From Patescibacteria group bacterium (lineage in GTDB: Bacteria; Patescibacteriota; Patescibacteriia; JBHPGJ01): DNA of 64,000 nt. Position numbers and translations under genes: made by a program. The stretch's first letter is position 1. Each line of letters begins with the position of its first letter. This document shows, in pieces, positions 51,268-60,468 of the stretch. The notes under the pieces were generated by a model that had not been told where the DNA came from, did not search any database, and worked only from the letters and a program-made list of their open reading frames with translations. The stretch covers positions 5,529-69,528 of the forward strand of contig JBHPGJ010000005.1 in NCBI GenBank assembly GCA_042570545.1, written 5' to 3'.

Positions 51268-52173
51268 TTAAAAATATCCCTCTTTCTTTTTGGCTTCCAT
51301 AGCACTTTCCGAGCTATAATCAATAGCTCTAGTTTCTCGTTCTGATTTTTTAGCTTTCAGAGTCTCCTCTATTATCATATCAATATTAGAAGCTGTAGAG
51401 GGGACGCAGCCTGTAGAAGGCGAACAGCCCAAAGTACGGTAACGGGTTGACATCTCTAGAACCTTTTCGTCTTCTTTTGGTTGAACAAATTCGTCTACTC
51501 TTAATAATACGTTATTTCGCTTAATTACCTTTCTTTTCTGGGCAAAATATAATGGGACAACCTCAATTTTTTCATGTTTTATATATTCCCAAATATCATT
51601 TTCCATCCAATTAGAAAGAGGAAAAATTCTAACCGATTCAGTCTCGTTGATACGGCAATTATAGAGGTGCCATAATTCGGGCCGCTGGTTTTTTGGATCC
51701 CATGAACCAATATCATTACGTAATGAAAATATTCTTTCCTTAGCGCGCGATTTCTCCTCCTCACGGCGGGCGCCGCCAAAGGCAGCATCAAATTCATTTT
51801 TTTTAATGGCCTCAAGTAATGGTTTGGTTTTTTTGTAATATATGTAGTTGTCAGTATTTGCTTCTTCCGGTTTCATTTGTTTAGCTGTTGGTTCGTTATT
51901 TTTCTCAACTATCAACTCAGCTCCGATCTTTTTAGTAAAATAATCTCTGAATTTAATCATTTCATTGAATTTGAAGCCAGTATCAATGTGCAATAAAGGA
52001 AACGGTAATTTGTTAGGATAGAAGGCTTTTTGTGCCAATCTCAACATAACTGAGGAATCTTTGCCAATGGAATAAAGCATGACGGGATTTTTAAATTCAG
52101 CAGTTGTTTCTCTTATTATATGAATACTTTCGGATTCAAGTTGTTTTAGATAGTTTATGCCGTAATCTCTCAT
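51268..52173 (-). CDS. cysD: Sulfate adenylyltransferase subunit 2
   Basis: PAPS-reductase-fold 'LYSIGKDSSVMLRLAQKAF' with CysD-type ends. Confidence 0.88.
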   Translation of the reverse strand: MRDYGINYLKQLESESIHIIRETTAEFKNPVMLYSIGKDSSVMLRLAQKAFYPNKLPFPLLHIDTGFKFNEMIKFRDYFTKKIGAELIVEKNNEPTAKQMKPEEANTDNYIYYKKTKPLLEAIKKNEFDAAFGGARREEEKSRAKERIFSLRNDIGSWDPKNQRPELWHLYNCRINETESVRIFPLSNWMENDIWEYIKHEKIEVVPLYFAQKRKVIKRNNVLLRVDEFVQPKEDEKVLEMSTRYRTLGCSPSTGCVPSTASNIDMIIEETLKAKKSERETRAIDYSSESAMEAKKKEGYF

Positions 52174-52292
52174 AATATTAATTTATAGATCTATCCCACT
52201 GTATGGAATTCCAAGCGCGTTCATGTAAATAATAAAAAATAGATGTGGCCTTGGTTGGGCTGCGCTGCTGATCATCTGCATTTATATCACCG

Positions 52293-53249
52293 TTAGTCAT
52301 TATCTTTCTTATTCTCAAAGATATCTTTTATGGCGTAAGCTTTACGATTACCATTAAAGTATGTTTTAACAGCAATATCAGCCAATAGGCCGGAAACAAA
52401 TAATTGGATACCCGCTAGTACCAGAAAAAAAGCTACTAACGGCCAAATGCGATTAGCTAATGAAAAGCTGTAAAAGTATCTTAAGACGAATAATATTATT
52501 CCCAAAACCGATCCTGATAGTATAAGTAGGAGCCCAACACCGCCAAATAAATGTAGTGGACGAGACGCATATTTACGCCAAAACCAGACCGAAAGCATGT
52601 CAACAAAACCTTTAACAATACGGCGCCAACTATACTTAGTCTGACCGGCTACCCGGGGACGATGATTAACTTTTATTTCACCGATGCGAAAACCTTGCCA
52701 TCTTAGCATGGCCGGAATAAAACGATGCATCTCGCCAAATAAAGTTAATTTATGAAAACATTCACGCCGGTATGCTTTCAGAGTACAACCCGAATCATGA
52801 ATATTATCCTTTATTAAAATACTACGAAGAGTGTTAGCACCGCGTGAAATAAAATTCTTTGAAGCTGAATCTTTACGTTGCCAGCGCCAACCAGATACCA
52901 CGTCATACCCTTCATTGATCTTATTGATTAGCCGGGGAATATCTTTAGGATCATTTTGCCGGTCCGCATCCATAGTTACTATGATCTCACCAGCGGCTTC
53001 ATGAAAACCGGCATCCATTGCTGCTGTCTGGCCGAAATTTTTTCTAAAACGAATAATTTTTACCGGTCTTAAGGTTTTTAATTTCTTAAAAGTGTCATCC
53101 GACGAACCGTCATCGATAAATATAATTTCAAATGGCTGGTTTAAAGTGTTCATTACTGAAGTAATTTCCTGATGCAGCTGAATGACATTTTCTTGTTCGT
53201 TATATGTCGGAATTACCAATGAATATTTTATTTCCTCAATGTTGGTCAT
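52293..53249 (-). CDS. GT2 polyprenyl-phosphate glycosyltransferase (ArnC/GtrB-like) with C-terminal transmembrane helices
   Basis: 'YSLVIPTYNEQENV', 'IFIDDGSSDDT' and 'MDADRQNDP', with two C-terminal transmembrane helices. Confidence 0.8.
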   Translation of the reverse strand: MTNIEEIKYSLVIPTYNEQENVIQLHQEITSVMNTLNQPFEIIFIDDGSSDDTFKKLKTLRPVKIIRFRKNFGQTAAMDAGFHEAAGEIIVTMDADRQNDPKDIPRLINKINEGYDVVSGWRWQRKDSASKNFISRGANTLRSILIKDNIHDSGCTLKAYRRECFHKLTLFGEMHRFIPAMLRWQGFRIGEIKVNHRPRVAGQTKYSWRRIVKGFVDMLSVWFWRKYASRPLHLFGGVGLLLILSGSVLGIILFVLRYFYSFSLANRIWPLVAFFLVLAGIQLFVSGLLADIAVKTYFNGNRKAYAIKDIFENKKDND

Positions 53250-54202
53250 GTTCGATTATCCTTATACCATTTGATAAATTTATTCATACCGTCGGCGAAG
53301 CCGGTTTGCGGATTAAAATTTAATAATTGTTTAGCCTTGGTGATATCAGAATATGTTTGGTTAACATCACCTGGCTGCATCGGCAGTTGTTTTATTTTAG
53401 CTTTCTTGCCTAAAGCACTTTCTACAATATTTATAAATTCATTTAGAGTAACTGTGTTTGAATTACCAAGATTAATAATCTTAAAGCCAAAGTTTTTATC
53501 TAAGGTAGCCAATACCCCATCAATAATGTCGTCAATATAGGTATAATCTCGTCTTGTTTCACCCGTACCAAATTTTTTTAGTTCTTTGTCATTCCAGATC
53601 CATTCCGTAAATAGATATGGTGCCATATCCGGCCGTCCTTTTGGCCCGTAGACCGTAAAAAATCTTAGACAAACAGTGTCAATGTCATATAAGTGATGAT
53701 AAGTAGACATTAATAATTCACCCGCTCGCTTAGTCGCTGCGTATGGCGAGATAGGACGATCAACTGAATCTTTTTCTGAAAAAGGAACCTTTTTTTGATT
53801 ACCATACACTGATGAAGAAGAAGCAAATATAAACTTCTTTATTCCATTTTGACGAGCCAGTTCCAATAAGTTTTGGGTCCCATTAACATTTACACGAGTA
53901 TAGAGCTGGGGAAACTTAAGTGAAGGCCTGACTCCTGCTCGAGCGGCGATATGAATTATGGCATCAATATTTTCAAATTGCCCGAAAGCTGACTGTAATT
54001 TATCCCAGTCAGCAATATCTACTTTTATTAAAATGTAGTTCTTATGAACCTTAAATAATTCTATATTCTCGTGTTTATAACGAGGATTATAGTAATCATT
54101 AAAATCATCAATACAGATAACACGATGCCCTCGTTCGAGTAGAGCTTCGGTCAGATGTGAACCAATAAAACCAGCTCCACCAGTCAACAAATAAGTTTTC
54201 AT
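53246..54202 (-). CDS. UDP-glucuronate 4-epimerase-like SDR (GlaE/Cap1J family)
   Basis: 'LLTGGAGFIGSHLTEAL', 'FASSSSVYG', 'YAATKRAGELL' and the family-typical 'RFFTVYGPKGRPDMAPYLFT'. Confidence 0.75.
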   Translation of the reverse strand: MKTYLLTGGAGFIGSHLTEALLERGHRVICIDDFNDYYNPRYKHENIELFKVHKNYILIKVDIADWDKLQSAFGQFENIDAIIHIAARAGVRPSLKFPQLYTRVNVNGTQNLLELARQNGIKKFIFASSSSVYGNQKKVPFSEKDSVDRPISPYAATKRAGELLMSTYHHLYDIDTVCLRFFTVYGPKGRPDMAPYLFTEWIWNDKELKKFGTGETRRDYTYIDDIIDGVLATLDKNFGFKIINLGNSNTVTLNEFINIVESALGKKAKIKQLPMQPGDVNQTYSDITKAKQLLNFNPQTGFADGMNKFIKWYKDNRT

Positions 54203-54327
54203 AGAAAAATATTAATAAAACAATGCAAAAACTGAGCACAACTATAACAGAAAATTAGGTGAGTGTAAAGATGCGAAAATAAGTGTTTTTTGTTGTAAAC
54301 AATGGTTTTTTAAATTACTATTAGTTT

Positions 54328-54711
54328 ATGAACCAAACCAACTTTAAACAAGAAACGTCTTGGCACAAACTGTTAGCTGATTTATTTCTGGCCTCTTTAT
54401 TAATAGCTTTTATTATCATTACTTTTGACAAATTAGTACCGGGAATATTTATCGATAAATTACCAATGACATTATTTTTTGGACTGCCAGTAATTTTAGC
54501 TATACCGCTAATGATTATTAAATCGGATCAACAAAAAATTAATAATAAATTATTAGTAACAATATTTTTGATCTTTGGGATTATAATGATAATAACAATA
54601 CCGACTACTCTCATTGTCAAGATTATTTTTACCCTGATAGTTACAATGCTAGCTGTCGGATTGTATATAATCACTTCGAATAAAAATAATTTTAATCAAT
54701 ACAATCGGTGA
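54328..54711 (+). CDS. Small hydrophobic membrane protein
   Basis: Three or four transmembrane helices. No motif recognised. Confidence 0.4.
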   Translation: MNQTNFKQETSWHKLLADLFLASLLIAFIIITFDKLVPGIFIDKLPMTLFFGLPVILAIPLMIIKSDQQKINNKLLVTIFLIFGIIMIITIPTTLIVKIIFTLIVTMLAVGLYIITSNKNNFNQYNR

Positions 54712-56279
54712 ATAGAAATACATTAATCGTCTGGACTGTAGCAGGAGTGTTTTTTATATTGACTAGCTGGCCGGGAATATATCATGCCGGAGGTTATACT
54801 TCACCTGACGAAGAAATTAATTACATTGCTGCCGAATCATTTAGCGAGAATGGTAATTTTCTATTAGGTAACGCTTTAGCCGAAGACGATTTGGGTACCG
54901 TTAAACCCAGAAACGCCCAAATAGTAAATAATTATATTGTGCCCTTAAGTTTTTTAGGCTTCCCATTAATAATGGGAATCACGGCTAAGATATTTGGCAG
55001 CTGGATTATCTCATTAATAACGCCGCTTATAGTATCATTTGGCTTGGTGGCATTTTATTTTTTAGTGAAAAGTTATTGGGGCGAATTTATTGGCTTAGTA
55101 GGCTTTATATTGTTAACGATATTTCCCGGTTTATTATTTTTTACCTATAAAGGCCTTTGGCACAATGCCGTGTTTATCAGTTTACTGATAATTTCATTTT
55201 TTATGGCTGTGATTTACAAAAAGAAAGAAAGTTGGTGGGTAATAATTGTAGCAGGCGGTTTTTTTGGTCTAGCCATAACCATTAGAACAAGTGAATTGGT
55301 TTGGTTGATCCCCCTGATGATATTATGGCTTACTATTGCTTTGAGGAATATTAACTTAAAGAAAATTTTTACGTTTATTATTATTACCATCGTCTTCACC
55401 TTACCAATACTGTATTTTAATAGCCAAACTTTTGGTGGACCATTATCATTTGGCTACACGGCCGCTTTAGAAAGAGAGGGTAGCATTGTGTCAGAGACCA
55501 GTACATTCACCAGAGCGGTCAATCTATTAATACCATCGGATAATAAACTGTCAAATTATATCGACAATGGCCAAAGGTACATTGTTGAATTTTCACCACT
55601 TTACTTTTTGTTAATAATGTTAGGCCTCTTGAGTTTAATAGTAAAAAAAATAAATCAACAATTAAAAATATGGCTTATAATTATGTTCTTAGTTTCCGTC
55701 TGGTTGTTTTGGTATTATGCTGGAACAATATACTACGGGGGCACCACCACGGCTGATGGCCCAATTATTGGTTCATCTTATATCAGATACTTTTTGCCAA
55801 TGACGGTATTGGTAATGCCCATCGCCGCCAGTGGCATTAAATGGATTATTGATCTATATCGCGGCAAGACCAGGCAACTTTTATTAGCAGCAATTATTAC
55901 TATATTATTAATATCTTCAGTTCATATATTATTGTTTGATTCACAAAGTGGTCTGATAAAATATTTTAACGAAGATATTCCCCAAATTAACGAAGCTAGT
56001 GAATCGGTAATTAATTTAACCGAAACCGATGCCATAATAATTGCCGGCGCCAAAGATAAATTATTTTTTCCAGAACGAAGTGTTATTGGGTATAATGATA
56101 TATCCGATAAGCACCTGAAAACTATCAGTAAACTAATTGGTGAATATGATCTATATTACAATGATATTGCTGAGCGCGATCTTACAACATTGAGCGAACT
56201 TGCGGCTGATAATAATTATTCTTTAAAATCGGTTGGAAATATTGGACAAGATATATTATATAAATTTGTAAAAAACTAA
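54708..56279 (+). CDS. Polytopic membrane protein, possible GT-C-fold glycosyltransferase
   Basis: About 12 transmembrane helices. The first loop carries 'SPDEEINYIAAESF', an acidic DE motif like that in the first loop of GT-C enzymes. GTG start overlaps the upstream stop. Confidence 0.45.
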   Translation: MNRNTLIVWTVAGVFFILTSWPGIYHAGGYTSPDEEINYIAAESFSENGNFLLGNALAEDDLGTVKPRNAQIVNNYIVPLSFLGFPLIMGITAKIFGSWIISLITPLIVSFGLVAFYFLVKSYWGEFIGLVGFILLTIFPGLLFFTYKGLWHNAVFISLLIISFFMAVIYKKKESWWVIIVAGGFFGLAITIRTSELVWLIPLMILWLTIALRNINLKKIFTFIIITIVFTLPILYFNSQTFGGPLSFGYTAALEREGSIVSETSTFTRAVNLLIPSDNKLSNYIDNGQRYIVEFSPLYFLLIMLGLLSLIVKKINQQLKIWLIIMFLVSVWLFWYYAGTIYYGGTTTADGPIIGSSYIRYFLPMTVLVMPIAASGIKWIIDLYRGKTRQLLLAAIITILLISSVHILLFDSQSGLIKYFNEDIPQINEASESVINLTETDAIIIAGAKDKLFFPERSVIGYNDISDKHLKTISKLIGEYDLYYNDIAERDLTTLSELAADNNYSLKSVGNIGQDILYKFVKN

Positions 56280-56292
56280 ATTAGGTAACAAT

Positions 56293-57753
56293 TTGAATAA
56301 GTCATTATATTTAACTTTAAAAACCCTAATATGGCTTACGCCAATAGTAGTATTAGTTTGGATAAGTAATATTATTATAATCCCTGAAGGTGAAGTATCA
56401 TTTACTTACGACCAATCAGACGAAGAAAGTGTGATTACTGGTTTTAATAAGCGTGAAAAATATTCCGCTGAATATTTAAAGCAAAACAATACAGTCAGAG
56501 ACATAAATGCTGATCAAGCAAATTTTTTTATTAATCAATTAGTACCCTTTACTGATATTGAGATTTCTCTTGATATAACCAGAATTTCTAGCCGAATATA
56601 TTTAACTTCCGTAGGGAAGCCAGGTTTGGGATTAATAAGACAGCCATTATACTTACCATTACTTGACGACTATAATAACTGGACGATTGTTGAAGATGAT
56701 AGTTTGTCGTTGTGGCAGAGAGAAAATAAATATAATAATATAGCTGATTTCCTAAGTTCGCCACCACCAGCCGACACAATAAGTGTTGAGAGTGTCAGGA
56801 TTAAAGAACCTAATTTTGAAAATATTGATATAAAATTGGAAGATAAAATATTTAATCTTCCTTTAAGGGGTTCCCACAGTTTTTACGTAAATGTACCAAG
56901 TAATAAATTGTTTTTAGAAATAAGTAAGACCGATTTAAATAAATTAACTGGACCTGACCGGTTAACAGTTGATATTTATGATAAGAATAATAAAATTGTT
57001 CATAGTCAGATCATTGGTGATGACGGTGACGAAACGCCGAGTGAAATATTAGGCAAGACGCAAATTAATGTGATTGAGTTGACTAATTTGCCTGATCGGA
57101 TTTATAGAATGGAAATAGCTGCCAATGACGATGTGATAATTGACTCGATAAAAACTAATAATGAATTAGTAATCTATCGACAGTTAAAATTATTTGATAA
57201 AGAAGATGAAAATAATATAGTTGAGGCCAGAGGTTTTCATCTAGTAATTATTAATGATGGTCAGAATGATGCTCGAATTTCTCTGGATGATAAAATCGTT
57301 TCAGTTAAACCTGATGAAAGTAAGATAATAAATATTGATGAAATTGTGACTATCGAAAATCTTAATAAGGTCCCCGTCAGGTATATAACTGACGGTGGTT
57401 TTATAGATCGGGACTTTAATTACTTTGATTATCAATATGGTTATGGCTTGTTGCCTAAAGAAATAGCTGATCAAATTGGAGTTGATTATGTATTAGCCAA
57501 TTATCGTCAACCAGAAAAAGTAAATGAATTAACACGGACCAAAGCCTCATACCAACTGAATGATTTATTCTACACAGATGCCGGTTATAATTTTATTATT
57601 AATATAGAACAAGATAATTTACTACCCATGGCCCTCGGCCAAGTAACATATACCACCACTCGACCGCAAATTTCTTCAATAAACTTACCAGAGCTGGCTA
57701 AAAACATGTTTAAATTTTTAAAAAGTGTCTGGCGCATACAAGTAGCAAATTAA
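56293..57753 (+). CDS. Hypothetical membrane-anchored extracytoplasmic protein
   Basis: TTG start, one N-terminal transmembrane helix and a large hydrophilic domain. Confidence 0.45.
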   Translation: MNKSLYLTLKTLIWLTPIVVLVWISNIIIIPEGEVSFTYDQSDEESVITGFNKREKYSAEYLKQNNTVRDINADQANFFINQLVPFTDIEISLDITRISSRIYLTSVGKPGLGLIRQPLYLPLLDDYNNWTIVEDDSLSLWQRENKYNNIADFLSSPPPADTISVESVRIKEPNFENIDIKLEDKIFNLPLRGSHSFYVNVPSNKLFLEISKTDLNKLTGPDRLTVDIYDKNNKIVHSQIIGDDGDETPSEILGKTQINVIELTNLPDRIYRMEIAANDDVIIDSIKTNNELVIYRQLKLFDKEDENNIVEARGFHLVIINDGQNDARISLDDKIVSVKPDESKIINIDEIVTIENLNKVPVRYITDGGFIDRDFNYFDYQYGYGLLPKEIADQIGVDYVLANYRQPEKVNELTRTKASYQLNDLFYTDAGYNFIINIEQDNLLPMALGQVTYTTTRPQISSINLPELAKNMFKFLKSVWRIQVAN

Positions 57754-57762
57754 AAAGTCATT

Positions 57763-57771
57763 TGATATAAT
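57763..57771 (+). promoter_or_regulatory. Extended -10 (TGaTATAAT) 7 nt upstream of the rmlC-like ATG; leaderless-type geometry
   Basis: ttTGaTATAATattatttATG. Confidence 0.3.
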
Positions 57772-57778
57772 ATTATTT

Positions 57779-58255
57779 ATGATTAGTGGAGTAATAATAA
57801 AGAAACTTAAAGTTCATCAAGACGTAATTGATAAAGATGAAGTTGTAAAGCAACCGGGGATCCTAATGGAAATCATCAGGAGTGATGAGGGACTTTTAAA
57901 AAAATTTGGTCAGAGTACGATGACCATAGCTTATAAAGATACTATTAAGGCGTTTCACTGGCATAAGAAGCAGGACGATCTGTGGTTTGTCGCTACTGGC
58001 AAAGCATTAATTGTGCTGCATGATTTACGCGAGAACTCAGAGACCAAAGGGGAGACAATGACCATTGAGGCTGGAGCAGGTAAATATAAATTAATAGTGA
58101 TACCCAATGGAGTCGCCCATGGTTATAAAGTACTGTCTGAGGAACCAGTGATGCTTTTCTACTATACTACCGAAACATACGATCCAAACAATCCTGACGA
58201 AGAACGAATTACGATGAATGACAATAGAATAAACTTTAATTGGTCAGAATATTAA
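57779..58255 (+). CDS. rmlC: dTDP-4-dehydrorhamnose 3,5-epimerase-like cupin
   Basis: 'FHWHKKQDDLWFVATGKALIVLHDLR', 'IPNGVAHGYKVLSEEPVMLFYYTTETYDP' and '..INFNW'. Confidence 0.7.
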   Translation: MISGVIIKKLKVHQDVIDKDEVVKQPGILMEIIRSDEGLLKKFGQSTMTIAYKDTIKAFHWHKKQDDLWFVATGKALIVLHDLRENSETKGETMTIEAGAGKYKLIVIPNGVAHGYKVLSEEPVMLFYYTTETYDPNNPDEERITMNDNRINFNWSEY

Positions 58256-59212
58256 ATGAAAGAGCCAAACATCATCATCTATGGCTCAATGGCTCATGAC
58301 CGGATACTGAACTTTCCTGGACGTTTTGCTGATCATATTCTTAAGGATAAGATCCATGTCCTATCGGTAAGCTTTGGTATCAGTGAATTCAATGATAATT
58401 ATGGTGGTACCGCAGGTAATATCGCCTATAATCTTTCCCTGCTTAAACAACAAGCCAATATCATCGCCGCTATTGGTAAAGATGACGACAAGTATCGATT
58501 ATGGTTAAAATTTAATAATCTTAGCCAGGCCGGAATTGAGGGAGTGCCTAACGAGCCGACAGCGCTTGTTTATATATTTACTGACCGAGATGATAACCAA
58601 ATTGCTGGTTTTTATCCTGGGGCGATGAAAAAAACAGTGAAAGTAAGGCTAAGTGAAATGATGAAGAAAAATTCATTTAATTATTTATTATTAGCACCAG
58701 GTAATAAGAACGATATAATCAGACTAGGCAGTGAAGCCCAAAAGTTAGAAATTCCTTATATGTTTGATCCCGGACAATCGTTACCACTGTTTAATAAATC
58801 AGAACTCAGAAAATTAATAGACGGAGCCGATATTCTTATTTCTAATGATTATGAATTAAGTATGATCGAAAAAATCACTGGTTGGAAGGCCGGTACTATT
58901 GAGGAAAAAGTACATATATTAATAACTACCTTAGGTCCCAAGGGGTCAGTCGTCAGACACGGCAAAAAATGTTATCGTATATCGGCTGGTAAGCCTAAGA
59001 ACGAATCAGATCCAACCGGAGCCGGAGATGCATTTCGCGCGGGTTTTCTTACCGGGTATTTGAACGGTAAAGATTTAAAAGATTCAGCCCGTCTTGGCTC
59101 AACTGTCAGTCTTTACACAGTTGAGAAATATGGCACCCAAACGCATCAATTCAACTTAAAACAAATTAAAAATAGATATTATAAAAATTATAAGAGTAAA
59201 ATAAGTTTATGA
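58256..59212 (+). CDS. PfkB-family kinase, adenosine-kinase/ribokinase-like
   Basis: 'GGTAGNIAYNLSLL' and the anion-hole 'DPTGAGDAFRAGFLTGYL'. It overlaps ahcY by 4 nt. Confidence 0.7.
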   Translation: MKEPNIIIYGSMAHDRILNFPGRFADHILKDKIHVLSVSFGISEFNDNYGGTAGNIAYNLSLLKQQANIIAAIGKDDDKYRLWLKFNNLSQAGIEGVPNEPTALVYIFTDRDDNQIAGFYPGAMKKTVKVRLSEMMKKNSFNYLLLAPGNKNDIIRLGSEAQKLEIPYMFDPGQSLPLFNKSELRKLIDGADILISNDYELSMIEKITGWKAGTIEEKVHILITTLGPKGSVVRHGKKCYRISAGKPKNESDPTGAGDAFRAGFLTGYLNGKDLKDSARLGSTVSLYTVEKYGTQTHQFNLKQIKNRYYKNYKSKISL

Positions 59213-60465
59213 AATACGATATTAAGGATATTAAACTGGCAAAAAAAGGTTATAAAAGGATCATGTGGGCAAATAATAACATGCCCGTGTTGTCTGAGAT
59301 CAGGAAAAGATTTAATAAGACCAAACCATTAAAAGGAGTGAAACTAGCGGCCTGTCTTCACGTCACTACTGAAACTGCTAATCTGATGCGGACATTAAAA
59401 GATGGCGGAGCCAGTGTGGTATTATGTGCTTCAAATCCACTTTCGACACAGGATGATGTAGCAGCATCTTTAGTTAAAGATTTTGATATTCCCACCTTTT
59501 CAATAAGAGCAGAAAACCGGAAGGTGTACTATGAGCACCTTAAGGCTGCTCTCGACACAAAGCCGCACATCACGATGGATGACGGCGCTGATCTTTTCAC
59601 CGAATTAGTGAAAAATAGACAAGGGCAACTAAAAGATGTCTGGGGCTCGACCGAAGAAACCACTACTGGTGTTATCAGGCTTAAAAGTATGGAAAAACAG
59701 GGTGTGTTGCCAGTGCCGGTAATCGCGGTGAATGACTCACAGACCAAGCACCTTTTTGATAATCGTTACGGCACCGGACAATCAACGATCGATGGCATAC
59801 TTCGAGCGACGAATCTTCTGATCGCCGGCAGCACTTTTGTGATCTGTGGATATGGCTGGTGTGGTCGGGGGGTATCTATGCGTGCTAAAGGCATGGGCGC
59901 TGAAGTGGTAATTTGTGAAGTCGATCCCGTTAGGGCATTAGAGGCGCGGATGGATGGATTTCGGGTAATGCCGCTAACAAAGGCCGCGACAATCGGTAAT
60001 GTATTTGTGACAGTCACTGGTGATGCCAAAGTTATAACAAAAGAACATTTTGAAAAGATGAAAAACGGTGCTATCATAGCGAACGCCGGTCACTTTGACG
60101 TGGAAATAGATATCAAGGCACTAAAGAAAATGTCCAATAAATACTATGAAGCACGTAAAGAAGTTATGGCTTACGAAATATCAAGGAAAAAGACAGTTTA
60201 TGTGTTGGGCAGTGGTAGATTGATTAATCTGGCCGCGGCTGAAGGACACCCCGCCATGGTGATGGATATGAGTTTTGCCAATCAAGCACTAGCCGCTGAA
60301 CATATTAAAAATAATCATAAACAACTTGATGATATAGTTTACACGCTGCCTAATGAAATAGATGAATTTATAGCTACACTTAAGTTAAAAACTATGGGCA
60401 TAAAAACGGATAAATTGACCGACGAACAGGAGAAATATCTTAGCTCCTGGAAAATTGGGACCTAA
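59209..60465 (+). CDS. ahcY: Adenosylhomocysteinase, short form
   Basis: 'CLHVTTETANLMRTLKDGGA', 'DDGADL', and the NAD-binding 'VICGYGWCGRGVSMRAKGMGA'. Confidence 0.9.
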   Translation: MKYDIKDIKLAKKGYKRIMWANNNMPVLSEIRKRFNKTKPLKGVKLAACLHVTTETANLMRTLKDGGASVVLCASNPLSTQDDVAASLVKDFDIPTFSIRAENRKVYYEHLKAALDTKPHITMDDGADLFTELVKNRQGQLKDVWGSTEETTTGVIRLKSMEKQGVLPVPVIAVNDSQTKHLFDNRYGTGQSTIDGILRATNLLIAGSTFVICGYGWCGRGVSMRAKGMGAEVVICEVDPVRALEARMDGFRVMPLTKAATIGNVFVTVTGDAKVITKEHFEKMKNGAIIANAGHFDVEIDIKALKKMSNKYYEARKEVMAYEISRKKTVYVLGSGRLINLAAAEGHPAMVMDMSFANQALAAEHIKNNHKQLDDIVYTLPNEIDEFIATLKLKTMGIKTDKLTDEQEKYLSSWKIGT

Positions 60466-60468
60466 ACT

